DNA of 64,000 nucleotides, taken from contig CACFAY010000003.1 in the NCBI GenBank assembly GCA_902564345.1, positions 9,527 to 73,526 of the forward strand, written 5' to 3'. The stretch comes from an uncultured SAR324 cluster bacterium. GTDB lineage: Bacteria; SAR324; NAC60-12. This document shows positions 31,983-41,492 of this stretch, piece by piece (position 1 is the first letter of the stretch; every line of letters starts with the position of its first letter). A program made the position numbers and the translations under genes. The notes below the pieces were generated by a model. The model saw only the letters and a program-made list of their open reading frames with translations, did no database searches and was not told the DNA's origin.

Positions 31983-32984
31983 TTACATTGTTGATTTCGG
32001 CTCCTGGTCATTCACATTGACCCTGAATAAACCGTCTTGGATTTCCTGCTGACGATCAGCCACTTTGCGTTTGATAGAAGAAGGAATTTTAGATTCAAAG
32101 GTACCATAAGGGGCTAGACTTGCACCTCCGTGTACCATGAAAGAATAAGGACCATAATCCTCAGGTTCAAAGTTGCCTTGCTTAACTTTACTGATAGCCC
32201 TGTCTATGGAAGGCTCCATATGCCAAAGCGCTGAAGCAACCACAGTACTAGGATAGTCCGATTGAGTATCAATTACATTGCCAATTGCTAGAATACCTTT
32301 CTCCTTTGCTGCGTCTGAAACACCAAAACGTTCAGCATACATAATGTCAGCACCTCTTTCTATCTGGGCAAATGCAGATTCCTTAGCTTTAGGTGGATCA
32401 AACCAACTACCTATAAAACTCACCATGAATTTAACGTTTGGATTGATTTCTCTTGCTCCGTCCATGAAAGCGTGAATCAGGCGATTTACTTCTGGAATGG
32501 GATAACCACCTACCACACCGATTTTGTTTGTCTTTGTCATTTCGCCTGCTATCATGCCTGTAAGATATGATGGTTCATGAATCCAATTATCAAAAACTGA
32601 AAAGTTTTTACCACTTGGTCCGAAACTAGAACCCATCAGATAAGAAGTTGCTGGATAATCTTTGGCAACTTTTCTGGCTGCTCTTTCAACACCGAATACT
32701 TCTCCGACCAGCAGATGATTCCCCTGTTCAGAGTACTCCCTCATCACCCTTTCATAATCTGTGTTTGCAACATTTTCAGAAAAAGAGTATTCAATTTCCC
32801 CCCTAGCTTTCGCTGTATTTAGTGCTTTATGAATGCGACTCACCCACTGCTGTTCAACTGGAACCGTGTAAATTGCTGCGACTTTAACCTTGCCCGAAAC
32901 CTGGGCCCATAAACCGCTGGTAAAGCTCATTAGCAGAGCAAAAACAATGGATACTAATTTGATCGCATAAAACGTTTTTTTCAT
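31983..32984 (-). CDS. BMP-family (PnrA/Med-like) substrate-binding lipoprotein or periplasmic protein
   Basis: Start moved to the ATG at 32984 (SD GAGGAA upstream). Signal peptide MKKTFYAIKLVSIVFALLMSFTSGLWA. GVVGGYPIPEV and FIGSWFDP are typical BMP blocks. Confidence 0.85.
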   Translation of the reverse strand: MKKTFYAIKLVSIVFALLMSFTSGLWAQVSGKVKVAAIYTVPVEQQWVSRIHKALNTAKARGEIEYSFSENVANTDYERVMREYSEQGNHLLVGEVFGVERAARKVAKDYPATSYLMGSSFGPSGKNFSVFDNWIHEPSYLTGMIAGEMTKTNKIGVVGGYPIPEVNRLIHAFMDGAREINPNVKFMVSFIGSWFDPPKAKESAFAQIERGADIMYAERFGVSDAAKEKGILAIGNVIDTQSDYPSTVVASALWHMEPSIDRAISKVKQGNFEPEDYGPYSFMVHGGASLAPYGTFESKIPSSIKRKVADRQQEIQDGLFRVNVNDQEPKSTM

Positions 32985-33184
32985 AACTTCCTCAATATAA
33001 AGAGTTTTAGAGTTTAAACAAAGAATCAATTTTATAAATTTTTTTATAAACTAAGTCAAGAGGGTTCTCACATAACAATTAAAATTACATTTTTTTACCT
33101 GATAATGAATAAAAAATAATCAAGACTAGTTAATCAGATAAACTAAAGTATTGGTAATTCTTATTAAAATTACTTTGAACTAAT

Positions 33185-33574
33185 CTAGTACACCATTGTT
33201 ACATCAGAACTAGCCGCTAGAGCGATCACTCCAGGTGGGCCACTCCAGTTTAGATTTAAGCCCTCAATAAGAGCTTCTGAGGATTCCTCAGTAACTCCAA
33301 AGTGAGCTTGTGATTGTGTTGAACAATGAATTCCACTTGACCCATTTTTTATTGTATTGATAAAACTTAGGTACATACCGGAAGGAGCATCTATAGCCTC
33401 ATTCAATTTTGAAATACATTCAGTGTGTAACATTTGGACCGCTCCAGCCGCGAAGAATATGTCCACTTTATGCCCATCATTGATAGCTTGTGCTGCGCAA
33501 CCTAGTCCAACAAAACATTTTAAGGGATCAACATCTGGACTAGTCACAAACTTTATAAAGAAATGTTTGTTCAT
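33185..33574 (-). CDS. DsrE/DsrF-like family protein
   Basis: 129 aa. Matches in size and alpha/beta pattern, with a single conserved-looking Cys in GIHCSTQS. Weak motif-level call. Confidence 0.5.
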   Translation of the reverse strand: MNKHFFIKFVTSPDVDPLKCFVGLGCAAQAINDGHKVDIFFAAGAVQMLHTECISKLNEAIDAPSGMYLSFINTIKNGSSGIHCSTQSQAHFGVTEESSEALIEGLNLNWSGPPGVIALAASSDVTMVY

Positions 33575-33998
33575 AATATTTACATTTAAAAATTATTTTT
33601 GAAAATAAATTTAAGTTGCTAATATTATTTGTAATAATTTATTATATTCATAAAACTTATTTTGACTTAAAATGAATTAACAGACCAAACATGTGCATTA
33701 ATGCTATTTTTTTCATTTATTTTAGAATAAATAGCACAAAATCCGTTAACTAGATTTTGCCTACCAGTATGCTATTCGCGAATCGAAAAAAAATCCAGAA
33801 AAAACTATTCATTAAGCCAATATCTCTTGACATTAAAGGAAATTATTAGCATATTGTTCGATGCAACAAAGGATTGTAAACTACTTCCAGATTTTCTAAG
33901 TAATAATAAAACATATTTTAATTGGAATTTTTTTAAATTAAATACCTATAGCCTATGTAGTTAATTGAACTAAATTTTATGATCATCATTACAATCTT

Positions 33999-34595
33999 AT
34001 GACTTCAAAAATTGCCAAACAATCAACTTCTGAAAAAATAGACAAATTAATACGTTTCATTTTTGGAATTGTATTATTTATTGTGTTCGTTAGTGGAGGC
34101 ACCTACATCCTGCAAAGTTCTTTGTTTCTACTAAAGTCCTTGGGGCACTTAGCACATTGGGCAGCAATTCTGATTTTGCTTCCCGCGATATCTGGTTTGT
34201 ATCAGCATTTAATTTCACCACCAGCGAGGTTGGTGGTCGCTATTGTGGGAGCTATACTGTCTTCGATGATACTTTACCCGCTCTATGCGGAGCAATTCTG
34301 GGCCTCTCCTCCAAGCATTACTGATACAATTGTTTTCACTTTGGCCATAGCTGGAATAGGATTCACCTCAAGCATAAATCCGCATGATCGACATGTAAAA
34401 CAAAGACGTGCAATAAAAAGTAGAAAAAAATCTTCTAACAAAAAAGAATCTCATGTGGATGCTTCTCATGAACATGGTTTTACTGAAAGATTACTTAATT
34501 CTTCAAGTATGCGCACCTTTGAATTAATCCTTACAGTAATTTCAATTGTTCTTGGATTAGCGGGTACTTTTTCACTTGGCATGTCTGCAATGTAG
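33999..34595 (+). CDS. hypothetical polytopic membrane protein
   Basis: 198 aa with about 5 hydrophobic helices and a basic KQRRAIKSRKKSSNKK segment. No family recognised. Confidence 0.45.
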   Translation: MTSKIAKQSTSEKIDKLIRFIFGIVLFIVFVSGGTYILQSSLFLLKSLGHLAHWAAILILLPAISGLYQHLISPPARLVVAIVGAILSSMILYPLYAEQFWASPPSITDTIVFTLAIAGIGFTSSINPHDRHVKQRRAIKSRKKSSNKKESHVDASHEHGFTERLLNSSSMRTFELILTVISIVLGLAGTFSLGMSAM

Positions 34596-34866
34596 TCGGA
34601 ATCTAAAAGCATCTCTTTTGCTATAGATAATCCCCGTGTAACCGTAATAACAGCTGCAGCTATTTCCTCAGCGAATAGCTTCCCATGATCACCTTATTCT
34701 TACGTAAATAGACAATACAATATTCCGCAGTGGATTCTAATGCCGCATTGAGGTAATTTTGGTTCACTGGAAAACTCTGATTTTGTAGTAGGATTCATTA
34801 GAAAATTTGTTGGTAAATTATAACTCATTTTGTGTAAGTTTTTTTAAAACTAAGAAAGGATGAAAC

Positions 34867-35610
34867 ATGAATAATAAAAATAATTATTTTATTTTGATTT
34901 TTATTATAATTGTTACTATTTTGGCATTAAATGCTTGTGCTAATGGAAGAGGTAAATTGCCAATAATAGCAGATACAGAACCAGTACCAGTATCAGAAAA
35001 AACCACTGATGAAGGACCCGTTCCAGTATCAGAACCAAAACCACCTGCAATACCATTAGCAGTTCCAGTAGCAGAACCATCGGCAGAACCAGAACGAGTA
35101 CCTTTAAATGTCCAGTCTTATATTCATGTAGAAAAACTTAAAGGCAAACCAAAAGGATTAATAGCTCTACCCTCTGAAGGATGGGTTAACGAAACAAATG
35201 AAATTCCATTTAAAGGCAGTCAAAAATTATACTTGCTTAAAAAAAATGGAGCTTCATTTGAACCGGTTAAAGTAACTTTTGAGACAAAAGACATCAACTA
35301 CGGTGCTTTGATTATAGAGCTAGAACCTGGAGAATACAAAATAGATAAAATTGACACTAAACTTTTTAATCCAAATTGTAATTGTTATGAGGGGTACAGA
35401 TTAAATTTTAATAATACAAATTTCATAGTTGAAAATAAAATTGCGAAAATTACTCCATATGCTTTGACAACTCTTACTTTTACAGATAATCCTAAAAACA
35501 ATAAGACATTTCTTTCACATACTAATAATAAGTTTAAATATAATATTAAATTGTACTTAGAAAACTTATTATTAAAAAAAAATTATACCAAAAACTGGAA
35601 GATAATGTAG
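34867..35610 (+). CDS. hypothetical lipoprotein with a Pro/Val/Glu-rich linker
   Basis: 247 aa. Lipobox LALNAC, linker EPVPVSE...GPVPVSEPKPPAIPLAVPVAEPSAEPERVP, then a beta-rich C-terminal domain. No family recognised. Confidence 0.55.
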   Translation: MNNKNNYFILIFIIIVTILALNACANGRGKLPIIADTEPVPVSEKTTDEGPVPVSEPKPPAIPLAVPVAEPSAEPERVPLNVQSYIHVEKLKGKPKGLIALPSEGWVNETNEIPFKGSQKLYLLKKNGASFEPVKVTFETKDINYGALIIELEPGEYKIDKIDTKLFNPNCNCYEGYRLNFNNTNFIVENKIAKITPYALTTLTFTDNPKNNKTFLSHTNNKFKYNIKLYLENLLLKKNYTKNWKIM

Positions 35611-35853
35611 TTATGAAATTTAGAATAAATCAAATCGTTTAAGAGTCCTAAAACTTTAATTGTGAAATAGGACCTCCGACTCATATGCCTTAATCAAATG
35701 GTCAAATTCTTCCCTCGATATTAATACTGTTGTTATAGCGACAAATCCTTAATATTTAAAACTGCTGAAGTTTTTATCAAATATAGAGTACATCTTTCTC
35801 ATTGAAATTCTTAAGTCTAAAAATAGTTTTAATTTATTTAAATTTTTGGAAAA

Positions 35854-36231
35854 TCAAAGACTTGATAGGTAGATCGCAATCAAGTAAGCAGTTTCATTTC
35901 CTAAATTCTTAATACTGCCAGCCATCAGTGATGAACCTCCATTGTTTCTATTGCCTTCGCGAATATCGATCAATTGTTGATATAAGTATTTCTTAGGTTG
36001 CCCAGCAAGATTAGGCCAATCAGAGTTAGTAGGATAATTACCCTTTTTACCATGACAGCCTATACATGAACTTTTTTGATAAAGTATTTTACCCTTAGCA
36101 ATAAGTTCTGAATTATCTTCCTGAGTTAGTTTTCCTGCAAACTCAGGGTCCAACATATGCACACTAATTGAGCCAATTATGGCTACGAATGTTAAGCATA
36201 GAACGGAATACTTATAATATCTTAAAATCAT
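35854..36231 (-). CDS. membrane-anchored class I c-type cytochrome
   Basis: 125 aa. N-terminal TM helix, a single CIGCHG haem-binding site, and a distal Met candidate in SSLMAGS. ATGA overlap with the upstream dehydrogenase. Confidence 0.75.
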   Translation of the reverse strand: MILRYYKYSVLCLTFVAIIGSISVHMLDPEFAGKLTQEDNSELIAKGKILYQKSSCIGCHGKKGNYPTNSDWPNLAGQPKKYLYQQLIDIREGNRNNGGSSLMAGSIKNLGNETAYLIAIYLSSL

Positions 36232-37487
36232 CTAAAACTTCCATACATGTAAAAGAAGGCGCGAATTTTGGTCCAAAAATCGATAGGAATTATTCTAAAT
36301 ATACCGCCATTCAAGGCGACCATGAGCAGTTCTTTGTTTTCATCTTCATAAAATGATACTGGATGGATAGTACGACCAATATCTGGACCAAAATTTATAG
36401 GTATCTTCGGAAAGATTATTTCTAATGCATCGTCTTTTATATCCTTAACAAATTTGGGGGCTTCAGGATAATTCAAGGTCATCATGCCTCTTAAATAATC
36501 TCCAAAAACATATTTTCCCTTTAAATTTTCAATTTTAGAACCTCGATATACATACCCACCCGTTACAGACCGCGATACCATACGTGAAAAATAAGTCATA
36601 GGTGGTTTATATTTTTTTAAATTACAATTCGGATAGTTAGCTGCGCATTTTCCTCCTTCAACATACGGCCATCCGAGATGATCACCTTTCTTTACAATGT
36701 CTATTTCTTCATGAGTATTTTCACCTACATCTCCAACAATAATTGTGTTTTTATCAACAAAACTCCATCGCCATGGATTTCTGAAACCATATGCCCATAC
36801 CTCTGAAGGAATTGATTCATGCCCATAAAAAGGATTATCCTCAGGAATGGAGTACTGCTTATTATTTTCTCTTTTTCTAACATCTATTCGAATAATTGAT
36901 CCCCATAAACTTGAATCTAATTTTGATGGCATATCTTTTGAGGCAAAGCTTCCATCACCAAATCCAAAATAAAATAAGCCATCAGGACCAAATAACATAT
37001 TACCTCCGTTATGACTTGTATTTGATTTTGTCAATTCAAATAAAATTTCCTCACTTTCTCTAACTACATTATCCTCCTTGTCCAGTCTAAAACGTGAGAG
37101 ACGATTGGTTAGTGGATCTATTTTATTCATGGAGTAATAAATATAAATTTCTTTCAAATTTAGTGGATCAATTATTGCTGACAACATACCTTCTTCAGTT
37201 GTATTAGATTTAACTTCACTTACCATATCTAAAATGGTTTTTTTAATTTCGCTTCCTTCTTTAAAAATATAAACCTTTCCCTCTTTGGCAGTAACAAGAT
37301 AATAGCCCTTTTTCCCAGGATGAGATGAGACATTTACTGCAATTCCAAAAGTCTGCTTTCCTGCAATAGACTTTAGCCAGACAGAAGGAGTGAATAAAGT
37401 TGCTCTATAAGCTAATATGATTAATAAAACCAATAGAAAGGTTAAACCAAATATTTTTATGCCCATAAATATTCTATTTTTATTCAC
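36228..37487 (-). CDS. PQQ-dependent sugar (glucose/sorbosone) dehydrogenase family protein
   Basis: 419 aa. N-terminal anchor, HNGGNMLFGPDGLFYFGFGDGS and GFRNPWRWSF blocks of the soluble-GDH/sorbosone dehydrogenase beta-propeller family. Confidence 0.75.
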   Translation of the reverse strand: MNKNRIFMGIKIFGLTFLLVLLIILAYRATLFTPSVWLKSIAGKQTFGIAVNVSSHPGKKGYYLVTAKEGKVYIFKEGSEIKKTILDMVSEVKSNTTEEGMLSAIIDPLNLKEIYIYYSMNKIDPLTNRLSRFRLDKEDNVVRESEEILFELTKSNTSHNGGNMLFGPDGLFYFGFGDGSFASKDMPSKLDSSLWGSIIRIDVRKRENNKQYSIPEDNPFYGHESIPSEVWAYGFRNPWRWSFVDKNTIIVGDVGENTHEEIDIVKKGDHLGWPYVEGGKCAANYPNCNLKKYKPPMTYFSRMVSRSVTGGYVYRGSKIENLKGKYVFGDYLRGMMTLNYPEAPKFVKDIKDDALEIIFPKIPINFGPDIGRTIHPVSFYEDENKELLMVALNGGIFRIIPIDFWTKIRAFFYMYGSFR

Positions 37488-38079
37488 TTAAAACCTCTCT
37501 AAAATTAGTTAATTTTATAAGTAAGCTTTTTTTATTTTAAGTAATAATTTTATAATTTAAATGAAGGTATCTACAAATTAAAAAAAAATTAATTTTAATT
37601 TTAAGCTCAATAATAATTCATAGGCTATTTAAGACCTATCCAAAAGCCAAAAAAATAAAATTTTTACAAATTTTTTATATATACCTGAAATCTAGATTAT
37701 TTTAAAATTACAAAAATAATTAATTGATTTACAAAAGTAATGCTCGTAAATTTAATTTTAACATCATAATATTATTATTGTTGAAAGTTATAGATAAGAT
37801 AGAACATAAATATCTGTAGTTTTGGAATAATTTTAATTAAATAAATTCTCTATTATGAGACTGATTTTGGATTGAAATATATAATTTAAATTTGATGGGT
37901 TTTTAGGGGGGAAGAGGTTAATGAGAAAAGATGGACTATATGCTACTTAGAACCATCTGTACTAGATATTTACTAAGATGCTTCGGGGTTTTTGATCTCC
38001 AGTCAATTTAGTTATGAGAGATGTCTCTTATAATTTTTATAGCTAAAACTAATACTAAACCTAGATTATCTCAATAATT

Positions 38080-39078
38080 TTAACTATTATTTACTAAGTA
38101 ATTAGCTGTATTAATTCCAGAAAGAAATGCTCCTTCCAATTTAGCTCCTCCAAAAATTTCACCTGTGATTAATAGATTTGGATTATGTTTAGCTTTTTTG
38201 AAGAAATAATTTAAAACCTGTTTTGGCTTAGCATACCTCCACTTATGAATTTTTGTTTCAATCATTTCAAAATTTACTAATTTTTCTAATTCGCTAAGCA
38301 TAATATTCTTACATTTTACCTCATTAAAATCCCAAATAATGTCACTGAAAGATGCTGATGCATGGGCAGTAATACAATTTTTTTTGGAAATACCTTTTAT
38401 TTTGTTGTCTGCTACAAAATCCCACAAACTATTTGGATTTTGAATAGCTCCCGGAAATTTAATATTTGTTCCCTTTTTAATGCTCATCATCAAAGCAACA
38501 CATTTGTCATATTTAATATTTTTAATTTCCTCTAAAAATTTTTTTTCAAAAAGATAAATATTCTCTGATAGTAAATTTATCGTTTGAGGCAGAGGTGGTG
38601 TCATTATTAAATATTTTGAAGAAAATATTTTGTTATCTGTACCCTCTAAGACCCAGTCATGATTTAAATATTTAATTGTTTTTATTGTTGTTTTTTGTAT
38701 AATATTTAAGTTTTTTGATATTTTTAATGGTAAAGAATGCATTCCATCAATTCCGATATATCTAGGATATCCATCATTTTTACTAAATCCATTGCACCAT
38801 TTGCTTATCCATTTATTTTCTAACCAAACATTGACCTCTTTTTTGAACTCATCTGACCTTGCTGTAAAAAATTGTGCTCCATGATCATATTTAAATTCTT
38901 TTCCTCCAAGTTCATAACGATTCATTACTCCATGACTCATTCTGCCACCTGCCTTACTTCCCTTATCAACAACTATATTTTTTAAACCGAATTTTGTTAA
39001 AATACTAGCTATTGTTAAACCCGAAAGCCCAGAACCAATTATAATGTAGTCAGTCTTTACAGTTTTAGAATTATTCAT
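38080..39078 (-). CDS. NAD(P)/FAD-dependent oxidoreductase, COG3380/renalase-like
   Basis: 332 aa. DYIIIGSGLSGL dinucleotide motif and FKYDHGAQFFTA block. Confidence 0.7.
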   Translation of the reverse strand: MNNSKTVKTDYIIIGSGLSGLTIASILTKFGLKNIVVDKGSKAGGRMSHGVMNRYELGGKEFKYDHGAQFFTARSDEFKKEVNVWLENKWISKWCNGFSKNDGYPRYIGIDGMHSLPLKISKNLNIIQKTTIKTIKYLNHDWVLEGTDNKIFSSKYLIMTPPLPQTINLLSENIYLFEKKFLEEIKNIKYDKCVALMMSIKKGTNIKFPGAIQNPNSLWDFVADNKIKGISKKNCITAHASASFSDIIWDFNEVKCKNIMLSELEKLVNFEMIETKIHKWRYAKPKQVLNYFFKKAKHNPNLLITGEIFGGAKLEGAFLSGINTANYLVNNS

Positions 39079-39570
39079 TTATCTTATTAGTATTTTTTTA
39101 ACTAATTTAAGGTCTGTAATTCTTATTCTGCTATTGATATATCTTATCATATTCTCTGCACCATTCTCACCTACAAGACTCAAAAACGGTATAATTTCAA
39201 AGTCATTTCATCAGCACACTATTAAAGGAGCTTAAAGTCCTAATACTCAATTTAAGTTTATCTTTGTATCCAGTCTTCTTTTGTGCTTCCATGTTTCCTC
39301 CAGAGAACGCATTCTCTTAAGCTAATACTTGTCTTTAATTAGTCAATTCAATCTTTGCCATTGTTATTTAAAATGTTAAAATAAGATATTAAAATGGCAA
39401 TATGATAAGTTTCGGCTTATGAAATTAATAATAAAAAGCTAGATGATCAAACTTTTATCTTTAAGCAAAATTAGTTTATATATTATATCAATTATTTCCA
39501 ATTTGAAAACTTAGATAAAATGATATTTATATCATATAGATAAATACTGAAATTATGATTATTTTTTAAA

Positions 39571-40314
39571 ATGAAAAACCCATCTGCATCCATGCTTGTC
39601 ATCGGTGATGAAATATTATCCGGAAGAACCCGCGAATCAAATATGCACTTTCTTGCAATCGAACTTTCAAAGGTTGGGATTGATCTTAAAGAGATACGAA
39701 TTGTAAAAGATTATAGACCTGCAATCATTTCAGCAGTTAGAAAATTATCAACTTCATTTGATTATGTTTTTACTAGTGGCGGAATTGGTCCAACACATGA
39801 TGATATTACTTCAGAATGTATGGCTGAAGCATTCAATTGCAAGATAGATATAAATATAGATGCAAAAAAAATACTAGAGGAATATTATCTAGGACTAGGA
39901 AAAGATTTAAATTCTGCAAGGCTGAGGATGGCACGAATACCTGAGGGGGCAAAGTTGATCAAAAATTCAGTATCAGCTGCACCAGGATTTTCTATAGAGA
40001 ATGTCCATGTTATGGCTGGCGTTCCAAAAATTTTTCAAGCTATGGTTTTAAGCATTCTTAAGACTTTAAAAAGAGGCAGACCAAATATTAGTAAAACTCT
40101 CAAACTTTTACTTGCTGAAGGAGATATAGCTGATCTATTAAAAAAAACAGTTGCGGATTATCCTAATTTGTCTATTGGATCATATCCATTTGTTAAAAGT
40201 GGTAAATATGGGGTAGATATTGTAATTAATGGAGATAGTTCAGAGTTAATTGACCAATTTATAAGTACTCTCGAGTCAAAGATCAAAAAATTAAAAGGTG
40301 AAGATCTTACTTAA
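39571..40314 (+). CDS. CinA-N-terminal-like molybdopterin-binding (MoCF_biosynth) domain protein
   Basis: 247 aa. VIGDEILSGRTRESN and FTSGGIGPTHDDIT. Confidence 0.8.
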   Translation: MKNPSASMLVIGDEILSGRTRESNMHFLAIELSKVGIDLKEIRIVKDYRPAIISAVRKLSTSFDYVFTSGGIGPTHDDITSECMAEAFNCKIDINIDAKKILEEYYLGLGKDLNSARLRMARIPEGAKLIKNSVSAAPGFSIENVHVMAGVPKIFQAMVLSILKTLKRGRPNISKTLKLLLAEGDIADLLKKTVADYPNLSIGSYPFVKSGKYGVDIVINGDSSELIDQFISTLESKIKKLKGEDLT

Positions 40315-40587
40315 GATATGTTCTTTGCAAAAGGTTAAAGTTATATATTCAGTACATTATTTTTAACATCACAAATCACCAAATTGAAGCTATAAACAGC
40401 AAAAATACTAACTAGTTTTTTTGTTATTATAATCAGAAAATCTAAGATTATATTATTAATTATCATTAATAATATTATAAGTTTGTAGAATCTAATTCAT
40501 CCGTTAGTATCTTATAGATATTAATGGTAATAATTAACTAATACGAGAGATAGGTATATTACAATTAAGGAATAATAATACAAAGTT

Positions 40588-41199
40588 ATGATTGCATCAA
40601 TAATTACACTTCTTATTTTGGTTGGAGTTTTAGCAGGTCCTGTAATGAGTAATGTGGAAAAGCCCAAATATGAAGTTATTCAATCTAAACAAAATATTGA
40701 GATTAGACAATATGAGCCTATGATTATTGCTGAGGTAGAAGTTTATGGGAAACGTAAAGAAGCTATTGGAGATGGTTTTCGTCTTCTTGCTGACTATATT
40801 TTTGGAAACAATAATTTGGAAAAAAATATCTCAATGACAGCTCCAGTGGAACAGAAAGAGAATCAAAAAATAGCGATGACAGCACCTGTCCAACAACAGT
40901 TAGATGGGAAATCATGGAGAATAAGCTTTGTAATGCCTTCAGAATATAGTATTGATTCTTTACCAGCACCTAATAATAGTAGGGTACACTTAAAGGAAAT
41001 ATTAGCTAAGAAGTTTATAGCTATCGAGTTTTCAGGTATGAATTCAAATGAGAATTTAGCAGAACATGAAAATCAGTTAATGAACTATATTCAAACAAAC
41101 AATATTAAAATAATTAGTTCACCCATATATGCTTTTTATAATGCCCCATGGACTTTACCTTTTTTAAGACGCAATGAGATAATGATAGAAATTAATTAA
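40588..41199 (+). CDS. SOUL haem-binding family protein
   Basis: 203 aa. N-terminal anchor, EKPKYEVI...IEIRQYEP, GFRLLADYIFGNN, and a duplicated MTAPV motif. Confidence 0.75.
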   Translation: MIASIITLLILVGVLAGPVMSNVEKPKYEVIQSKQNIEIRQYEPMIIAEVEVYGKRKEAIGDGFRLLADYIFGNNNLEKNISMTAPVEQKENQKIAMTAPVQQQLDGKSWRISFVMPSEYSIDSLPAPNNSRVHLKEILAKKFIAIEFSGMNSNENLAEHENQLMNYIQTNNIKIISSPIYAFYNAPWTLPFLRRNEIMIEIN

Positions 41200-41492
41200 C
41201 ATTTTTTAAACATGTCATTATTAATCAAGTAGTTTGAGTTTATTAAAATTTTCCTTTTTAGAAACATAAATAATTTTAATATATTTATTCCAAACTAAAA
41301 AATAATAATTAATTATTATTTTTATAATTTTTGTAATTTTGACAATCTTATTACGCAAATTTCAATAATTCAACTCTTTTTCCGTCATCAAAAAAAGTGA
41401 AACGCAAAAATTGAATATTATTATTAGCCTAAATTCTAATCCTATAGTAAGCTTTCACCAATAAATTTTAATAAGTGAAAAAAATAACAAAT

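Noticed and set aside
33695-33704. The 10-bp palindrome GCATTAATGC, which recurs at 44758..44767.
   Set aside because: There are only two copies. One is in a convergent, non-promoter spacer. The sequence is short and A/T-rich enough to recur by chance.
34466-34696. A 75-codon open antisense frame overlapping the 3' end of the 33999..34595 gene.
   Set aside because: It has no start codon near its 5' end and no recognisable family. The sense ORF has a coherent TM-helix pattern. It is mentioned only as a possible relic in the corresponding finding.
35656-35793. Minus-strand fragments MYSIFDKNFSSFKY* and, in another frame, GFVAITTVLISREEFDHLIKAYESEVLFHN*, which faintly recall a Phd/YefM-type antitoxin.
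   Set aside because: The pieces are in two different frames and total only ~40 residues. No toxin partner is nearby and the similarity rests on a few residues. At best this is an unverifiable relic.
39203-39292. A 29-codon minus-strand ORF (MEAQKKTGYKDKLKLSIRTLSSFNSVLMK) with GGAGGA 3 nt upstream and an adjacent 6-bp hairpin (AGAGAA-cgca-TTCTCT).
   Set aside because: The SD spacing is too short, the peptide has no features, and it cannot be distinguished from chance in a 492-nt spacer.
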